Shown here piece after piece: positions 15,140 through 18,643 of a DNA stretch of 18,643 nucleotides (the first letter of the stretch is position 1; each line of letters starts with the position of its first letter). The stretch is from NCBI GenBank assembly GCA_003345595.1, contig PRDI01000092.1, positions 1 through 18,643 of the forward strand. The letters are read 5' to 3'. Origin of the DNA: Candidatus Thorarchaeota archaeon. Its GTDB lineage: Archaea > Asgardarchaeota > Thorarchaeia > Thorarchaeales > Thorarchaeaceae. The notes beneath the pieces were generated by a model, which saw nothing but the letters and a program-made list of their open reading frames with translations, did no database searches and was not told the DNA's origin. Position numbers and translations under genes: made by a program.

Positions 15140-16654
15140 CTAATCCCATGTCATGCCTGACAGTGCGGTATAGAGCCGTCTGTATCTCTCAAAACCCCTG
15201 TCATACTGTTCTCGATTAGCTGCAGCAGGACGCAGCGGCTCAAGTGGACGTACCATTCTCTCTGCTGCCTCGACAACTGACTGGAAGACTCCGACGCCCC
15301 TGCAAGCAAGTATCGCAGCTCCCAGAGCTGTAGCTTCCTCCATCGCGGTCCGGATCACTGGCACCCCCAAGACATCAGCCTGAATCTGCATCCAGGTTTC
15401 GCTACGTGCCGCACCCCCCGTGACTCGCACTTCTGAAGCGGGCAGTCCGAGTTCTCTCATCACGTCAAGATTGGTGCGAATCTCATAGGACACACCTTCG
15501 AGTATTGCCCGCATGAGGTGATTCCTTGTGTGGCCGAGCGCGAGTCCTGCGAAGACACCGCGGGCCCGAGGGTTCCAGTAGGGTGCACCTGCACCCACAA
15601 AGTGGGGGATGTGCATGACCCCTTCCGAACCGGCAGGAATCTTGCTTGCCTCCTGAGTCATTACTTCATACGGATCCACACCCCGTGCTCGGGCCTTGGC
15701 ACACTCTTCAGTCCCAAGATTGTCACGGAACCAGCGGAGTGCAGCTCCAGTTGTGAACATGCTTGCCTCAATTACGAAAGCATCTGGGACCACGTGACGA
15801 CTACACAGCACACGCTTCTTCGAATCAAGTCTAGGCGCATCTGAATACGCCAGTATGAAAGTCCCCGTTCCTGTGGTCGACTTGATGGCACCCTGTCGGA
15901 CCACGCCGACACCAAGTGCGGCACACTGTTGATCTCCACCTCCCGCGACCACGGGTGTTCCCTTTTTGAGACCACATGACTTGGCTGCTTCAACGGTGAG
16001 TTCGCCCACCTTAGTGCCGGGTGGCACTGGGTCAGGAAGCTTGTCCCTAGGGATGCCGAAGGACCCCAGAAGCTTGTCAGACCAGTTCGCCTTCTTGATG
16101 TCAAAGAGCATTGTCCGGCTCGCATTGGAGTAGTCGGTAACGGCCAGACCAGTGAGCTTGAAGATAATGAAGTCGTGGACCAGCATGAACTTGTACGTCG
16201 ACTCGAAGAAACGAGGCTCGGCCTGTTTCATCCAAAGGATCTTCGGGGCACTAAAGTATGGGTCAATGGTAAGTCCGGTGATTGAGTATATCTCATCGGG
16301 AGTGACCTGTATCCGAATCCATTCGCATTGCGGGATGGTCCTGCGGTCTTGCCAGACAATAGCACGCCTCAAAGGCATGCCTTTCTTGTCAATTGGGACT
16401 GTCGTTTCGCGCTGGTTTGTGACACTGATGCTGATGACGTCCTCCGGTTTCAGACTCTTCTCCTTCATGCACCTGGTCATGGTCCTGCACGCCGCGGCCC
16501 ACCACGTCGCTGCGTCCTGCTCGACCCACGAGGGGTTAGGGAAAAAGCTGGTGAACTCCTCATACGCCCTTGATATGACCTGCCCATTCGTGTCAAAGAT
16601 CATTGAGCGCACACCGGTCGTTCCGGCATCAATCGCTGCGACAAGCTGAGTCAT
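15140..16654 (-). CDS. FGGY-family carbohydrate kinase (glycerol kinase/xylulokinase-like)
   Basis: IDAGTTG, TNQRET, IVWQDRR, PYFSAPKILW, TDYSNASRTMLFDI, GGGDQQ, GAPYW, GGAARS and EATALGAA motifs. Confidence 0.93.
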   Translation of the reverse strand: MTQLVAAIDAGTTGVRSMIFDTNGQVISRAYEEFTSFFPNPSWVEQDAATWWAAACRTMTRCMKEKSLKPEDVISISVTNQRETTVPIDKKGMPLRRAIVWQDRRTIPQCEWIRIQVTPDEIYSITGLTIDPYFSAPKILWMKQAEPRFFESTYKFMLVHDFIIFKLTGLAVTDYSNASRTMLFDIKKANWSDKLLGSFGIPRDKLPDPVPPGTKVGELTVEAAKSCGLKKGTPVVAGGGDQQCAALGVGVVRQGAIKSTTGTGTFILAYSDAPRLDSKKRVLCSRHVVPDAFVIEASMFTTGAALRWFRDNLGTEECAKARARGVDPYEVMTQEASKIPAGSEGVMHIPHFVGAGAPYWNPRARGVFAGLALGHTRNHLMRAILEGVSYEIRTNLDVMRELGLPASEVRVTGGAARSETWMQIQADVLGVPVIRTAMEEATALGAAILACRGVGVFQSVVEAAERMVRPLEPLRPAAANREQYDRGFERYRRLYTALSGMTWD

Positions 16655-16750
16655 GGAAGCTTCACTGTTCGTTCACGAAGTGGAGCCTATGATATGAACG
16701 CTTCGAGTTAGAGGTGTGAAATGCTGCTGTCTGATTGAGCCCAGCTTCAC

Positions 16751-17038
16751 TCATCTATAGCTGGACTCGGACTCTATTACCTCGAGTAGATGCCTTCGAC
16801 TGCCGATCAGGCTCATCTTCAAACGCCGGTTACGCTGGATCAGGCGCTCACGCTTGAGTGCCAGCTTACGGCTCTTACATTCCTCAACGTGGACCAAGTA
16901 TAGCGGAGGATGCATTCTAAAATAGGCGGCCGAGTGTGACGTGCCGGACACATGCTCCTTGAACCGTCTAAGCAGGTCGTTCGTCTGGCCTGTGTAGTAA
17001 GTGCCGTCCTCGGTCTCGATTATGTAGACGAAGTACAT
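16751..17038 (-). CDS. Stand-alone GIY-YIG nuclease domain protein (UPF0213/Slx1-like)
   Basis: FVYII…YYTGQTNDLLRRFKEH…ALKRE motifs. TATA-like CCTTTATC at ~17074-17081 on the minus strand. Confidence 0.88.
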   Translation of the reverse strand: MYFVYIIETEDGTYYTGQTNDLLRRFKEHVSGTSHSAAYFRMHPPLYLVHVEECKSRKLALKRERLIQRNRRLKMSLIGSRRHLLEVIESESSYR

Positions 17039-17181
17039 TGCTCAGCCACAGGGCACCTTTGACGCAACCCGAAGATAAAGGCCTGTGCTACCAACGCGAT
17101 AATAGGGATGAATCATGCTCGTCAACAAGCTTTTGAACCGGGTTGTCGGTCTTCTGAAGCTTGGTGGATCGTATGCACCCA

Positions 17182-17358
17182 ATGAAGGAGCTCCTCCCGG
17201 TTTCCGCAATCCTGTTGGTCATCGTCATGATGAGCGGCGTCGATCTTTTCATCATTGGTGAACCATCGAGGCTCATCTCAGTCATACCAATCGTGCTTGT
17301 GCTTGTGATATGGCTCGTCGCCACCCTGAAGGTCAGGAGGTCTGAAGATGTACGCTGA
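17182..17358 (+). CDS. Small 2-TM hypothetical protein (start uncertain: 17161/17173/17182)
   Basis: Two hydrophobic helices and a basic tail. Overlaps the next gene by 11 bp. Confidence 0.45.
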   Translation: MKELLPVSAILLVIVMMSGVDLFIIGEPSRLISVIPIVLVLVIWLVATLKVRRSEDVR

Positions 17359-17971
17359 GATTGTGACGCTGACTGTCATGGCTGGCTGCCTCCTGTGTAT
17401 CATACACAGCTGGGTCTACAGGGGCAGATGGCAGACGGTGGCCTTCTTTGTGGGTGGTTTTGTCTTTGGCATCGTCAGAGAGAACATTGTTTCATTGTTG
17501 CCGGGCATGTACACCTACCCCAATCATCCATTCTACATCGGAAATGCTCCTATCATGATGGGATTCGGATGGTCCGCATCATTCTATGCGTGCTGGATGG
17601 TTGGCAACAGACTGCTCGAAGCTTTTGCACCGAGATGGAAGGACAACAAGTGGGTCGTGCCCCTTGTCGCGGCAATCGTGACCGCCACTCTTTCGTTGCC
17701 CGTAGAGGTAGCTGCAGGAGCTAGCCAGACTATGTGGTGGGTCTGGCCGCCTGAGGCCATCAGGGTACTGTTCGAAATGCCGGCCATCGTTCCATTTGGG
17801 TGGGCCGGGGCTGCTTTCCTGTTCATCTTCTTCTACAGGTGGACGGAAAGCAGGAAGGCTACGCCAAGGACAAATGCCGCGCTCTTCGTGGTCCTCACCC
17901 TACTAGTCATAGTGCTGCACCTAGTCTATGTATTCGTAGTAAGGGCCATCATTGTGCTGTTCATGGCCTAG
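17348..17971 (+). CDS. Membrane protein resembling the carotenoid biosynthesis (CruF/DUF422) family
   Basis: Twice-repeated pattern E…Y.Y…G.AP…GW and E…W.W…MP…GW, about 6 TM, SD GGAGG at 17336. Confidence 0.6.
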   Translation: MYAEIVTLTVMAGCLLCIIHSWVYRGRWQTVAFFVGGFVFGIVRENIVSLLPGMYTYPNHPFYIGNAPIMMGFGWSASFYACWMVGNRLLEAFAPRWKDNKWVVPLVAAIVTATLSLPVEVAAGASQTMWWVWPPEAIRVLFEMPAIVPFGWAGAAFLFIFFYRWTESRKATPRTNAALFVVLTLLVIVLHLVYVFVVRAIIVLFMA

Positions 17972-18022
17972 ATTCCTTGTCTGTTGCTCGACCACAGTCA
18001 GCAACTGAGGGAAACGGTCTGC

Positions 18023-18469
18023 CTAGTAGGTGATGACGACTTCCATGTCGTGGCTGGTCACGTCAGGCCGACCTTTGACGCCAATCACGCCTTTCATCAT
18101 CCAAGTGTTGCGGGCGTTCTGGCTGCGGTAGGTCGGCGGCACGTTTGAAGGCAGGGAAACGCTGAATGGGATGCTTTCCCTGAAGCCGCTTGTAAGATGC
18201 CTTCCTCCTGCGACCGTGTTCTTGCTCTGGTGCAGCGTACTCTTTTGTTCGGCGGTCACAGGGACTGTCTGTTGTCCGACCTTTTTCTGTTCGGTGGCTT
18301 TGGTCCATTCGGTGACCCAGATCTCAATACGCATTTCAGTAGCGTCGAATTCCTCTGACGAGGAAACGTCGAGCTTGCCTTGGAGCGGCTCTCTGAGGCT
18401 GGACGTTCCCTTATCAAGCAGCACTGCGATGCTCGCATTCGGAGCTTTAAGTTTGCCAAGAAAACCCAT
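18023..18469 (-). CDS. Single-domain arrestin-N/Spo0M/Vps26-fold protein
   Basis: Beta-sandwich pattern LQGKLDV…EMRIEIWVTE and hallmark IPFSVSLPSNVPPTY…WMMKGVIGVKGRPD. SD GGTGA upstream. Confidence 0.75.
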   Translation of the reverse strand: MGFLGKLKAPNASIAVLLDKGTSSLREPLQGKLDVSSSEEFDATEMRIEIWVTEWTKATEQKKVGQQTVPVTAEQKSTLHQSKNTVAGGRHLTSGFRESIPFSVSLPSNVPPTYRSQNARNTWMMKGVIGVKGRPDVTSHDMEVVITY

Positions 18470-18643
18470 AGACCTTCACCATGTCTTGCGTTGAACCGAG
18501 ATAACGTGGAGTTACATGCCATATTGGGAGGAGCCTTCATTTATCATTTGTGACTGAATTCCCAGGTATGAGGATTTCGCGGTTAACTCAAGACCTCATC
18601 GACGTTTCATGACGGTGTTTTTCTCGTTTTGTCGTATCGCAAC

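Noticed and set aside
16751-17038. GIY-YIG gene as a homing endonuclease or mobile element
   Set aside because: It is a single small domain with no intron, terminal repeats or DNA-binding extension, typical of housekeeping UPF0213 proteins.
18596-18643. Possible 3' end of a minus-strand gene (…VAIRQNEKNTVMKRR*)
   Set aside because: Only 15 codons are visible, too few to support a call.
1-18643. tRNA, rRNA, CRISPR array or IS element
   Set aside because: Intergenic gaps are short (at most ~230 bp). No cloverleaf, regularly spaced repeats or transposase motifs were seen by eye.

Overview
Archaeal chromosomal segment with TATA-like promoters, GGAGG/GGTGA Shine-Dalgarno motifs and several TTG/GTG starts. 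The gene content suggests an Asgard (Thorarchaeia-like) archaeon, but this is inference. Gene order: membrane protein, small conserved-looking protein, orphan HerA/FtsK-family ATPase divergent from tRNA m1A58 methyltransferase trmI, a charged protein plus coiled-coil/winged-HTH pair, and a 780-aa alpha-solenoid. Next comes a rearranged A/V-type ATP synthase cluster with subunits I, H/G, E, K/c and C in three transcription units and no A, B, D or F. It is flanked by a 4-TM protein and an AtpZ/AtpI(UncI)-like 2-TM protein. The window ends with a variant LarA-family enzyme convergent with an FGGY kinase, a GIY-YIG protein, a CruF/DUF422-like membrane protein and a single-domain arrestin/Spo0M-fold protein. 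The most promising undescribed system is the ATP synthase membrane/stator module, with a shared CAACCTTW(W)ATCA promoter motif and two candidate c-ring assembly factors. No rRNA, tRNA, CRISPR array or mobile element was seen. All family assignments come from reading motifs by eye, not from database searches.
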